A DNA stretch of 63,984 bases, the filler included, from Ionaspis alba (Eukaryota), in assembly GCA_964255285.1 (NCBI GenBank). It is 3 parts of 3 records of this genome, joined end to end, with 100 filler letters (N's around TTAATTAATTAA, not from the genome) between each part and the next. Parts side by side here need not be neighbours in the genome. Positions count along the whole stretch, not along the records: positions 44,947 to 63,984 come from CAXUUL010000275.1; 2 more parts are not named here. The stretch is one strand, 5' to 3'. This document shows positions 49,199-60,922 of this stretch, piece by piece. Below the pieces are notes generated by a model. It did no database searches and was not told the origin of the DNA. It was given only the letters and a program-made list of their open reading frames with translations. The position numbers were made by a program, and so were the translations under genes. Numbering within the stretch: the stretch's first letter is position 1; every line of letters begins with the position of its first letter.

Positions 49199-51678
49199 AT
49201 GATGGAGAATGGGGATAGCTCTGTGAGTACCAACTAAAATGGACGAGTATTCCGGCCACACTAACAAGATTAGTGCGTCTTTGAGGACAAAATCGATCAG
49301 GCACCTTCGTCACTGGATCGACACTCAGAGAAGTCTGCTCTGGAGCAGGTTGTAAATGGCGATGAACAGCAGCCAAATGGTGTAGAGGACGTAAAGCAGT
49401 CCGAGGGTGTAGGCCCGCTTCCTAAATTGCTGATAGACAGTCTGCGGGAGCTCGCCAAAGTTGCAGGACAAGCAGCAAATCTCGGCGGCTCGTATGAGAA
49501 GGAAACCGAGAACACTTCTCCCAAAGATACGGAATCAGTCGATGGCGGACCTGCGGTCTGTACGGTCAGCAATTGGGAGTCGTTCCTTCCATTCAGGCGG
49601 TATTCGGCAAACGACCAATATGTCAAACTCTCCATCCCTGGCAAAGAGGATCGAAAGACCGGCCCTATCCTGCTCAGACCAACCGACGCTCAGGATGATT
49701 ATACCGACTCGTCTTTGTTCGACATCTACTCTAGAAGGGACGACCTACCTCAGCTCGAAATCTACTCTATGTACCTACAGAGAAAGTTCCGAGACATCAT
49801 CGAAATCCCGTTGTATTCTGCGATCGCGCTCTATGCTTCATGTCTTACCATCAGTCCTCCATACGTACCCTTATTTCATCATCTAGACGAGTTAAAAGAA
49901 AACATTTTCAACGACCCCAACCTCTCAAGCAAAGACCGCAATTCCTTTCAGGCCATATGCAATTTCTTTACCTTCGCCCGGCCGCAAAAGCTTTTTGAAG
50001 ATGTGCAGAACATTATCGAAGAGGGCTTCATCATCTACAGAGAAATGTGGGCTCTCTATCGGCCTGGTGATTACGTGGTATCACACAACCCTTTAGGCAG
50101 TCTCGAGATTTCGCAGGTTTCCTCGGTCAAGTATGAAAGAGATACTTCGAGTTACCCTTACCATTATTATTGGTACGTAACAACGAAACAACTGGCGTGG
50201 ACTCAGAAAGGGTATCAGCTCGCCTCCATGAGACACAGAATCGAAAGCTTTGAAGGAGCGAAGAGAATCGTTGAGCTTGAGTTCTGTCCCATCTCTCGTT
50301 ACCCGGAAAATGAGAAGGTGAAGGAAAGGGTTTGCCAGCGCGGTAGGAATTGGAAGCAGTATTGCGAAGGACGGCCGATGGTTATGACTTACAAAGGCCA
50401 AGCTTTGTCACTAATCAGGGACTCCCGCTTCCAATCACGGCGCGACGAAGTACCAGCGATCAATACTGTCCCGGTGAGTGAAACAATTCATAGTATTTCG
50501 AGCACTCTAATAACAACATTGCAGTTGTCTGCCACTGTTATAGTGGACTCGGATGCTCGAAGCAAACTCGTCAAGCAGGCAGATATAGATAATCGCGAGG
50601 TTCAAAGATACGCAGACTCTCTTTGGCTGTCAGACAGCACGTACAGAGAATTTCCGGCCAAAGAGTTCAATGAGGAAATATATATGATATGTCCAGCAAG
50701 TATCATCGTCTTTAGTCTGGAAGATCACGGCTGGTATAGTGTGGAGACACTCAAACTCGAACCAAAGTTATGGAGACCAGCTGCTTTTGATAGACTGGTC
50801 ATCGATCCAAACAAGAAAGACATCTTGCGGCGTCTGGCCAAGACTAACCTTCTTGTGGAAGGTGCATCGTCTAACGACGTGATTGATGGCAAGGGCAAGG
50901 GAATAGTGCTGCTGTTACATGGCCCACCTGGTGTGGGAAAGACACTTACCGCAGGTACATAGGGTTCCAAGCAATTCCTTTCTTCAGCGAGCTGACCCCC
51001 ACGAATTATAGAAGTGCTCTCAGAGCTCACACAAAAGCCATTGCTCAAGGTGAACCTGGGAAGAGTTGCCAGTCAAAGCAATTGGGAGCAAGCTCTAGAA
51101 CAGGTCTTTCACAATGCCGAGACTTGGAAAGCAATCTTATTGATCGATGAGGCCGAGATTGTCCTCGAGAAGAGGACTTTCGAGCGAATGACCCAGAATG
51201 CATGGATCTCAGGTTTGGATACCCGTTGACCCCACACTCTTTTCAGGCGACTAATCTGTATTTTACAGTCTTTCTCCGCAAGCTAGAGTACTACAAAGGC
51301 TTGATCATTCTCACCACCAACCTGATAGAATGTATCGATAGTGCCTTCGAGTCGCGCATCAGCTACCCTATCGAGTTTCGTGAACTTAATGCTACGGACC
51401 GCCACCAGATTTGGACCGACTTCATCAAGAACCTAAAGATGCCTCCACCAACCAAGCGTGCTCTGCTCGAGCACGTAGATGATTGGGCAGCAGAACAGAT
51501 CAACGGACGGCAGATCCGAAACATCATCTCCATGGCCGAGAATTTAGCGCTCAGCGATGAGCATCACCCTCGCATAACTCCTGACCATGTCGAGAAGATC
51601 TTGAATGTAGTGCTGGAATTTTCGGAGTTCAATCGGAAGAGCTCTTTGAAGAAGAAGAAGGATTATTTGGCATACTGA
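49199..51678 (+). CDS. Fungal AAA+ ATPase with long N-terminal domain (DUF7025-type family), 5 exons
   Basis: Exon 1 MMENGDSS is spliced (gtgagt..ctaac..tag) in frame to the 511-aa ORF. Motifs PYVPLFHH, MWALYRPG, IESFEGAKRIVELEFCP, DVIDGKGKGIVLLLHGPPGVGKTLTAE (Walker A), ILLIDEAE (Walker B), FLRKLEYYKGLIILTTN, DSAFESRI, INGRQIRN. Confidence 0.88.
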
Positions 51679-51928
51679 CCACGGCTGGCATGAAGCTCGA
51701 GCGTTGCATATGACGGATAGAGGAGCAAAGCATAGTAGACTATTTAGGTACTATACAGCGACTTGCTAGGTTTTGTATAGACGTCAAGGGAATTGGAGCT
51801 CCAGTCACCTGATAACTCACCTCTTAGCACTAGATATGGCCACGACTGATTGACTTAGATGTTCACAACTGCGCTAGCAAGAATGGTATCTGTGCATGCG
51901 TACAAATACAACCAATATGCGCAATCCT

Positions 51929-53851
51929 CTAAATTAATGCCTGCCCCTTGAACATACCCTCCCTGACCTCTCTGACCACATCCCTCCGATCTCCTTTCCC
52001 TACAAGCACAATACCCTTTCCCCTCCTGCCCATCCGTCCGGTCCTACCAAGACGGTGAATAAAGTCGATCGTCGAATGTGGAACGTCGTACAAGATGACG
52101 TGGCGCACGGCCAGCGTATCTATCCCACGCGAGCCGAGGTCCGTAGTGACGAGGACTTTCGTATTCGGGAGAGAACGCTTTGGAGCAGGTACGGTTGGCG
52201 CACGGTGTGCAGGAACATAATTCGATCCGGAGGATGAGGCCGGAGCTGGTGCAAGAGGGGTATTGGCGATGGTTTCGGGTGTACGAGAGGTGAACGATGC
52301 CAGCAACTCGGATTGTCTTTGCTCGGGAGTGTCTCTGCTTAGCGCTACTGCATCGATGCTTTTCGACTGCAGGTATTCGGACACTTCTTGCGCCTTTTCC
52401 CGCTCGTTCACGAATACGAGGATGCGTTTGATGTCCATGGTGTCAGGCTCCCGGGTGCCGGAATGAGTTACGGTATGTTCCGCTGCTGCTTTACCAATAG
52501 ACCAGACAGTTTCGGCACAGGCGAGGAGTTTGTTGCCACGATATGGGTCCCTTTCGACATCTACTACACCGAGCTGAACACGACGAGGGATGGCGTGAAG
52601 ATTGGGAGTTACTAGTCGGCGCATGTCAGGAAAGCGTTTCTGAAGATACGCATCCAACGAGCGCGGAATGGTAGCGGAACAGAGAATTAATTGCTTCAGT
52701 GATGGTGTTGCTCTGTCGATGATGGCTGACGTGGTGGGGACGAAGGAACGGTCGAGTAAGGAATCGGCCTCATCGATGACAAGATGAGTGACGCGGGAGA
52801 GAATGTTTGGGTCCGAGTCTGCTATGCTTGAGAGGAGATGCGGTGTCGAGATCAGGAGATCGATGCCAGAGGGACTGAAAAGGCGATTGCGAATGACGCG
52901 ACCTGTATAAGACGATGATATCTGAGAGGAACGAAATTTGACGGTGTGGGAAAGAGCTTTCGCAAGGGTCCCAACCTGCGTGACAAGCTCAGAAGTAGGG
53001 AGAAGGATGATGGCACGAGGACGACCGGTCGTCGGATGTGGTTGATTGGTGAGAGGCGGGGGCTCAACATAGTAGTTGTTATTCTTTCGTTTTTGTTCCT
53101 TCTCAGCTTGCTTGGCGGCTTCCAGCTCAGCATCAATGGCTTCGGCTCTTTTGATAGCATCGAGAATTGGTAGAAGATAGGCTAGGGTCTTGCCAGAACC
53201 GGTCTCCGCTGCAATCAGGAATTGCTCCATCTCTTCCTTCTTGGCCCCGGACGAGCGCCGTTTCTTCCCCATTCCTTGTCCCAGAAAACTTGGTATAGCT
53301 AGTCGTTGTATGGGCGTTGGAGTAATATTGTCCAGTCCCAGGAGTGCCTGCGTAGCGATCGAGTCTTTTATGAGTGGTAGAAGTGCGAACTGATCAAAAT
53401 TCTCGATTTCCGAGATTTTTTCCTTGGTAGAGGTTCGATGTTTATATGACACGGGACTGAGCGTCCTCTGCATCTTCAGCGCTTTGAAAGTATCATGACT
53501 ACCTCTGTCTTGTCTTTGGGGCCTCTCTCTCCCACCAGTAGATCTCTTGATTTCTGAAGGAGACCGCCGGTCGGGCTCGCGATTTATCTGAGCTGAGCGC
53601 ATATTCATGCCACCAAAAGGACTATTCCTGCTCTTTCTCGTCGGCTTCCCGCTTGGGCTTGTATACTCGATCGGTCTGGCGACTCTGGGCGAAAGTGCCA
53701 TCCTTGAGGGAGGACGGCGACGCTGCAGCTGCGTCATGGATCTTGATGGTTGCCATGACCGTAGATTGTTCCATGAACCGCTTCTTGCTAGGAGCCGATG
53801 TTGACATATCAAGCATAAAGCTGTGCCCGAGTGCGACATTGATATGTTCAA
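51929..53851 (-). CDS. MRH4: Mitochondrial DEAD-box RNA helicase Mrh4
   Basis: Q motif PTPIQ, AAETGSGKT, LPTSEL, STP, DEAD, SAT, SRGID, HRLGRTGRMG. Basic presequence. Start codon uncertain. Confidence 0.9.
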   Translation of the reverse strand: MNISMSHSGTALCLICQHRLLARSGSWNNLRSWQPSRSMTQLQRRRPPSRMALSPRVARPIEYTSPSGKPTRKSRNSPFGGMNMRSAQINREPDRRSPSEIKRSTGGRERPQRQDRGSHDTFKALKMQRTLSPVSYKHRTSTKEKISEIENFDQFALLPLIKDSIATQALLGLDNITPTPIQRLAIPSFLGQGMGKKRRSSGAKKEEMEQFLIAAETGSGKTLAYLLPILDAIKRAEAIDAELEAAKQAEKEQKRKNNNYYVEPPPLTNQPHPTTGRPRAIILLPTSELVTQVGTLAKALSHTVKFRSSQISSSYTGRVIRNRLFSPSGIDLLISTPHLLSSIADSDPNILSRVTHLVIDEADSLLDRSFVPTTSAIIDRATPSLKQLILCSATIPRSLDAYLQKRFPDMRRLVTPNLHAIPRRVQLGVVDVERDPYRGNKLLACAETVWSIGKAAAEHTVTHSGTREPDTMDIKRILVFVNEREKAQEVSEYLQSKSIDAVALSRDTPEQRQSELLASFTSRTPETIANTPLAPAPASSSGSNYVPAHRAPTVPAPKRSLPNTKVLVTTDLGSRGIDTLAVRHVILYDVPHSTIDFIHRLGRTGRMGRRGKGIVLVGKGDRRDVVREVREGMFKGQALI

Positions 53852-54306
53852 TCCGCTCCTTCATGCAGCTCGCACTCAACCTCATCACCGTAAAATTCAT
53901 TGCTTGGCACATCTTGAATCATTAGCGCCGGCTTCAGATTGTTGTTGCCCCCTCAACGTTAGTCTGAAAACTAGGCGAGACCTGTTATGGAGCTTTAAGC
54001 TTGCACTTTCCCCTCCCACACCACTTCGCTCCCAAACACGGTGAAGCTTTCCTTCTTCAATCGCGCCGCTCATGCGAACGTTTGTTAGATGCGATCGAAC
54101 ATCTGCTACAATTGTAATACGTGCACAACAATTTCTTTTCAGGTTGGGGTTTGATATCTCATCTGACCTATCGCGATCCTTTTGTTGTTGATCCATTCCC
54201 TCTTGCATTCCTCGTGCGCTGAGCTGAGAATAGCTCAAGTCTATCATCCAATCATCGAAGAGGTGAATCTGAAAGTATTCTAGACACTATTGGGAACATC
54301 CTCAAT

Positions 54307-57300
54307 ATGTCGCAACCTGTAAGGCGCACTCAGATAGTGGCATCGCAACTACAGCTACTGACGCCGTCCACTTTCACAGATCCAGCCTTTACGAATTCAG
54401 AAGAGCTCTGTTCCTTCGTCACCCACCAAGATGAATAGCTCATTTGTGTCACGTCCACTGGCTGAGCTCAGCCCAGTGGCACAGAGGAGAAACTCTCCAA
54501 GCTACAATCTGAACGCTAAGGTAATGTCCACCAGTGCTTTTATGATTGTGGATATTGCTCACACATTGCAGAAGGCCATGTTCAACGGGGACTCCTCGCC
54601 GTTCGACTCTTCGCCCTTTGGGTCGAATTCTCCGCGTTCCTACTGGCAGAGTCGCGACTCCATATCACCGCATCGCTTCAGCATGGAGAACCGCAACCCA
54701 ATGGATGGGAGAGATGGATCGCCTTCACCGTCCAAGCGATCATCAATTGAAAACCTAAAGCGCGCTTCGCGAGTGAAGAACAGCAATATGTTCGCACGTG
54801 AGCATAAGCAAGAATACGATCCTACTTCGACTCCTGTTATTGAGAGACCTCTTGCAAGCGGTAGGCCTTTAAGCGTGCAGAAGCAAGGAACTGCTACGAA
54901 TGCGAAGGGACACGAGGGTGTGTTCAAGGATCATGACAGGGAGACTACCAAGGTTCTTGTCTACAGCCCACAAAAGTCTCCGACCAAATACGATGCTATT
55001 CCGGAACCGCAAAAGTCGCCCAATCGAGGCCAGACCTCGCCCAGCAAATCATCGCTATCCAAGAACAGCCGTTATGCGCAAGCTTTCGATCCCGAGAACG
55101 GTATGTGGTCCGAGGAGGACGAATCATTCATGGATCGTCAGCTACCCGCCGGCAAATCCCTTCATCGTCATGCCAAAAGTGTCACTTTTGATGCGGCTCC
55201 CCCGCAGATCAACGAATATGAAATGACTACTCCTGACCCCTCCTCTGTAGCATCAGGATCGCGCGAGGGAAGCTACGAATCTGGAGATGGAGACGAAGAC
55301 GAGAGCTTCGACCGTGGTTCCTCCATCGATCGCGAAGACAGTTTCGATGCTTCACTCGAGGATACCGATAAGACTCCCGTTGTTCTACCCGAAGACTGGC
55401 GCTTTATGAGTCCAGCTATTGCTAACGATGAGCTTGCTGCAACCATGGAGGATCCTTTTGATGGCGAGAAGAGTAGCCCAGCTCCAACAGCAAAGCCTAT
55501 ACCGTCCGAGCTTCGTTTGTCACCTACACGAACTGACTCGGTCAACTCTAATGGAGAGCGCCGTCCTTTACCTCCATTACCTGCTCTGGGTGTGCCTGTT
55601 TTCCCTAGAGCACGTTCGGATTCCAACAGTAGCCTAATGGCTACCGCCGAGCGCATCAATAGTTCTCCACGTAATCTACCATCTCTTCCTCGACCAGCCT
55701 CAATCTCAAAAGCAGAGCTTCAGGGAATGGGTGGATCGGCAATGTCACTTGAAGATCGACTGCATTTAATGATGATACAAGAAGCCGAGAAGCCAAAGAC
55801 ACCGGCAGAAGAGCAGCGAGAGAGACGCCTCAGACGGGCTGGCACTCGTGAAAAGTCCCCAGAGCACTGGGACGCTAAAGATAATAGAGTTGTGGTACAT
55901 GAAGATGAATTTGAGAAGGACGATGTTGCCGACCTCGGAGAGTACCAGCTACCGCCTAGGATCTCCAGGGAGTCTATTCTACGCAAGGTTAAGAGCCAGC
56001 ATTTTATACAAGACCAACTCGACTATTCTTCACCTGTGCCAAGTTCGAGCCCTGATCGTCCCATCATTGACAATCTGGATCCAGATGTGCCCCTACCTTC
56101 TCTTGAGGATCAGTCCATCATGATGGAAGCTGAGGAGCAGGTCATAATAAAGCAAGAAGAAGATCTGGAGAGCGAGATCGATGTATACTCCATTCCTGAA
56201 ATGTACCAGCACAACCCCCCGCAATCGGGTCCTACTGTGAGCGAGTTTACCAGCTATACTGCCATCACTCTCAAGTCTGGACAATCGGCTCCTCAAAAGG
56301 ATGACGACGATCAAAGCCACTATTCAACGGATTCCAACGGTGAACCTCACCTTGGTCAAGCACAAAAGTCAAATAGCGTCACTGAAGATGAAGGACCACC
56401 AACTCCTCGTGCGCAAAGCCCGGCTCGACCTAATCAGGAACAGGAGAACAAAAAGAACCATCGCATGTCGTTACCTCAATTTGCATCTATGCTTGGGGAA
56501 GACGACTTTGGTCTGAGTTTCCAGTCATACATTACTCCAAGCCCACCCGTGACCGAAGAGCCTACCAAGACTGTTGCGCAGTCCATTCGGCTGCCTGTCA
56601 CTCCTCAGGAAGAGCTTGATCCTCTTCGATTTTCAGGTCATGGATCGCCGGATCAAGAAGAACCTAAGACTCCTGAGTCAGTCATTCGTCACTCCATCGC
56701 AAGTCCCCAGCCTCCAGATTCGCCTAGTGTCCCAGAGCCGGACGCAACCATTAAAGCTTCCGGAGGAAAACTAAAGACACGTCCTTCGATCACTCGAGCC
56801 GATGTTCGTGCTATGGCTGAGACACGGAAACGAGTTAGCGATCAACACCAGGATGTCCTACTCAGTCCGAACGCCAGTGATGGCGCGGAAAGAGAGGACA
56901 TTGACAAATCTCCCACGGATGGTTCTCAGGAGGGCATCGACCAGGTCAAGCAAGTGAAGAGGAAAAGCAGCCTGATCCAGCTAGACATCCCGGTCGAAGA
57001 GCTGGATGAGGGTCTTTCGATTGGGTTGGACAAAGAATTTGATCGTGTCATAGAAGCCCAAAAGGTGGCGTTCAACTTTTCATTACAATCTTTCCAAACA
57101 TCAGGAAGATCTATTGTAGACGAACGAAATATAATGTCCTTTTCAAGGAAGTATGCTAACATTTCTACCCGAAACCAGAAAGGCTATCTGATGAGACACA
57201 ACACCAAGATGGTTGTTGCGAGCAGTGCTTCACACGAGTCTGCCACGGAAACTTCCGCTGAGGCTGCTGCTCCAGAACTGCCGCATGCTCGCGGAACTAG

Positions 57301-59123
57301 ATCAGCTGGTAACTCTCCGAGGAAAACCAGTGCCACTCAAACTTGGACAACAGAGCCGTGGAACGGGAAGATCCGGCGCAAGAGTGTCCGACAATCGTTT
57401 GGCAGCCCCCAAAAGCAGACTACGACTGGGCCCGCTCCACCACTTCCGGGGCAGGCAAGCAATGTTCAGAGTGGTCTGGACAGTGTTGCCGAAAATGAAA
57501 TCGCGCAGACTGCTGAGGATTTCGAAGAGGGGGTGGAAAGAGGTCGGTTATTCGTGAAGGTGGTTGGTGTCAAGGCTCTAGAGCTCCCATTGCCAAAGAG
57601 TGGGTATCCTGTGAGAATGTGTGGTAAGAACTTACTAACGACGATTTAGGTGAACGGTCGTATTTTGCATTGACTCTGGACAACGGACTTCATTGTGTTA
57701 CGACAGCATGGCTCGAACTTGGGAAATACGCTCCAATCAACCAGGAGTTTGAACTTGTAGTCCTCAACGACCTAGAGTTTCAGCTCACGTTGCAGACAAA
57801 GCTTGAGGAACCAAAGACAGCTCCGAAGAAGATCATCGAGTCTCCCACGAAGAGTGTGAAGACCCCCAAAGCCTCAACCTTCAGCCGAGTTTTCCAGTCA
57901 CCGAAGAAACGCAAAGAGCTTGAGATGAAGCAACAAGAAGAAGCACAGCGAGCCGCGAAGCAGAAACAGCTCGATGCACAAGCTAACAAACGCTCTGCCG
58001 AGCCCACTGCATGGGATCTTCTTCACAACCTGGTTGCGAAGGACGGTAGCTTTGCACGCTCTTACGTATGCCTCAAGGATCACGAGTCCCAGGCTTATGG
58101 TCGACCTTACACCGCTGACATGCCATGTTTCAACGAATGGGCGATGGAAGAGGTCGGAACTATGGGAAGCGCGAAGAGTCGTCGTACCCAAAACGTCAAT
58201 ACTACACAGCGGAAAGCGCCGTACCAGATCGGCAAGCTTGAGCTCCAACTTCTCTTTGTTCCAAAGCCGAAGGACGCGAAGGACGACGATATGCCCAAGA
58301 GCATGAATGCTGCCATTCGCGAACTGCAAGAAGCTGAGGCGAGGACTGATAAGTCATGGGAGGGACACTTGAGTCAGCAGGGTGGGGACTGTCCGGTATG
58401 TTCTTAGCAAATGTCCTACGTGTCTTCAGTTTGCTTATGTTACCTTAGTACTGGCGTCGTCGATTCTTCCGTCTCGAAGGATCTAAGCTGACAGCCTACC
58501 ATGAGGCTACTCGTCAACCCCGTGCTACCATCAATCTTGCTAAGGCTAGCAAGCTGATTGACGACAAATCTTCTTTGACCAAGAAAGAAGTTACTGGCAA
58601 GGGCGGCGCCAGACGCAGATCTGCCTTCGCCTCCGAGGAGGAAGGTTACATGTTTGTCGAGGAAGGCTTCCGTGTTCGCTTCGCCAATGGAGAAACCATT
58701 GACTTTTATGCCGATAGCGCCGAAGAGAAGGAAGGCTGGATGAACGTTCTAGTCGATGTCGTCGGCAAAGACGCCAAGCAAGCCAATAGCTGGACAAGCA
58801 TGGTTTTAGCAAAGCATCGCGCCAATGCCCAACGTATTGCAAGGGCCGAACAAGGACAAATGAGGCAGCCCTCCTCGGGTATGAGGTCTGCACCGCCGAC
58901 ACCAGGACCACGGCAAAGCTCGCAGCAATCATCGCAGCCGCAGCAGCACAGACCCTCCTCCAGACAGCAGCCGAGACCAAGTTCTCAGCAACAGCAGAGG
59001 TACGCTCCGCATGCAGAGACAAGGCCAAGCAGTGGAGGCAACGCACCTATGCCGGTTCAGAAGGACCCAAGACACATGACAGCGGAAGCGAGGAGGGCGA
59101 AGTCGAGGTCCATGATATTCTAG
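54307..59123 (+). CDS. BUD4: Anillin-related bud-site selection/septation protein Bud4 (anillin-homology and PH domains)
   Basis: Exon 1 MSQP, then IQPLRIQK. KSVTFDAAPPQINEYEMTTPD, GRLFVKVVGVK, TLDNGLHCVTTAW, EFELVV, GSFARSY, PH domain EGHLSQQGGDCP/YWRRRFFRL..EEGFRVRFANGETIDFYAD. Confidence 0.92.
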
Positions 59124-59664
59124 ATGTGAATTTTTCGACTGATTGATTGATACTGTATATGGAATGCGTGCAATGCTCATGAATGGAGGGAGTGCAGGAA
59201 AGGGTTCGGACTGACTTGTTCAATTGATACCTTTACTTCAATTCCTTCAAAAGCAGTACGCTAAGATGGACTTGCTTTGGTTTGGTGAGACGTGTACTTA
59301 TGGGAGCTTGTACAGAGAAATCGGTGGTCGTTTCACTTCATGTTTATAACAGCTGGAATATGCACTGATCGCTGGACTTAATTCAATATCCGTTGTTCTC
59401 ATCCTCTCCAACAACGTGACGCTCTTCTTGAACAGCTTTTGTCAAACCTAAAAGGCTCCTTCCCCGGAAACGACCTCCTCACACACACAAAAGAGCAGGT
59501 GCAGTCGAGAGCGAGACAACATCATCGTAAGCATGTTCCTCTCTTTCTCCTGGTCAGGTCTCTCTGTACAACACGCCAGTTTCGATCACACTCGTTTAGA
59601 TTCTATTCACACAATTATTTGCTATTATATCAGCCAGTATCATTCAGACACTCGTTTATTTAGA

Positions 59665-60627
59665 ATGGATGACATCGCAGACACCGGACCCGATGCTGAA
59701 GACAAACTCTATTCCCAGTACCAGACCTGTGATCATATATGGGCATGGAGGGACGAAGTCAACCGCAACCATCCTGTGTCGTGTATTCGGAACTGGCTGT
59801 CCGATGAAAACGGTATCTGGTGCCTACCAGAGAGTCGCATGACTCCTGCGCTGTTCCAGGCGCCGTACCAGGTTTCATTTCCAGAACTTTCGCCGCCTCT
59901 AACACCACATCAAATTCGAGTCTCGGCTGCTTCATCTCCTGTTATTCCGGAAGATCTAACCCCACAATACAAGTTCGTCTGGCCAAGACCCCGAAGAGAA
60001 TTGAACCACAGCTCATGGGACTTTGTCCTCCCTGAAACCATCCACACCGCTAAGGAGTTCAATAATGTATATGACGTTCTGAGTGAGCTCACCGAGAGCT
60101 TTGCAAAATATATTGGTGATTCACAGATTGAGTTGACCGCGGCTCGAATGCCTCCCTGGGAACAATACTGTGAGGAACCAGGACATAGGGAACTGTGGAA
60201 TCATTGGGAAGGAAGGACACGCCGTTATGTTGAAAGCCTCCTGGGCTTGGTCTCTCGTGCCCGTGAACTATTGATGAAACTAGCCGTGCTTGTGGTCGAG
60301 GAGATCGCAAAGGACCAGGACCAAGTTACAGGTGCGTTAAGAGCGCAGCTTAGTTCTGAGGCTAGGCTGGGATTGACCTATGTGTTCGGGATAATGCGTC
60401 GGTGGAATATGGCCTTGGATGAGACGGAAAGGGACCTTGAAGAACAGTTGGTTATTTGGCGCGGTCTTGAGGAGAAGATCCGACTTCCAGACGGCTGTCT
60501 GCAGAAGTGGAAACAAAAGAAGCTAGATCATCTCGGGTTTGGATCCAGAAAAAGCTTGCATGAGGCTTTTGGACAGGAACTGCTCAGGGTTTTTGGAAAG
60601 GATTTATTGGGGATGAGGCTACAGTAG
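59665..60627 (+). CDS. Hypothetical intronless protein (320 aa from this ATG; alternative ATG at 59533)
   Basis: Long uninterrupted ORF with a helical-looking, Trp-rich C-terminal half. No motif recognised. Confidence 0.6.
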   Translation: MDDIADTGPDAEDKLYSQYQTCDHIWAWRDEVNRNHPVSCIRNWLSDENGIWCLPESRMTPALFQAPYQVSFPELSPPLTPHQIRVSAASSPVIPEDLTPQYKFVWPRPRRELNHSSWDFVLPETIHTAKEFNNVYDVLSELTESFAKYIGDSQIELTAARMPPWEQYCEEPGHRELWNHWEGRTRRYVESLLGLVSRARELLMKLAVLVVEEIAKDQDQVTGALRAQLSSEARLGLTYVFGIMRRWNMALDETERDLEEQLVIWRGLEEKIRLPDGCLQKWKQKKLDHLGFGSRKSLHEAFGQELLRVFGKDLLGMRLQ

Positions 60628-60922
60628 GCCTGAAGGAGACAGACACAGAACGATAATGACTGTAGATCTCCTAGGCTCTGTGTACATTAGAGATATTTTC
60701 TTTTCATCCCCATAGCAGATAAGATATCTTGGATGGTCTGGACCCATGGCAGCCGAGACTGCTTGATAGTCGCACAAGGCTGAATTAGGGCAACCCACTT
60801 TTAGGGGAGCTTAACACTATGCATCATCCAGGACCTGAAATATGCCCACTCCCATTGTCAACAAACCTTGACATCATAGCGAAAACCCTTCGATAGGCCC
60901 GAGCTCCTACCATTCCACAACC

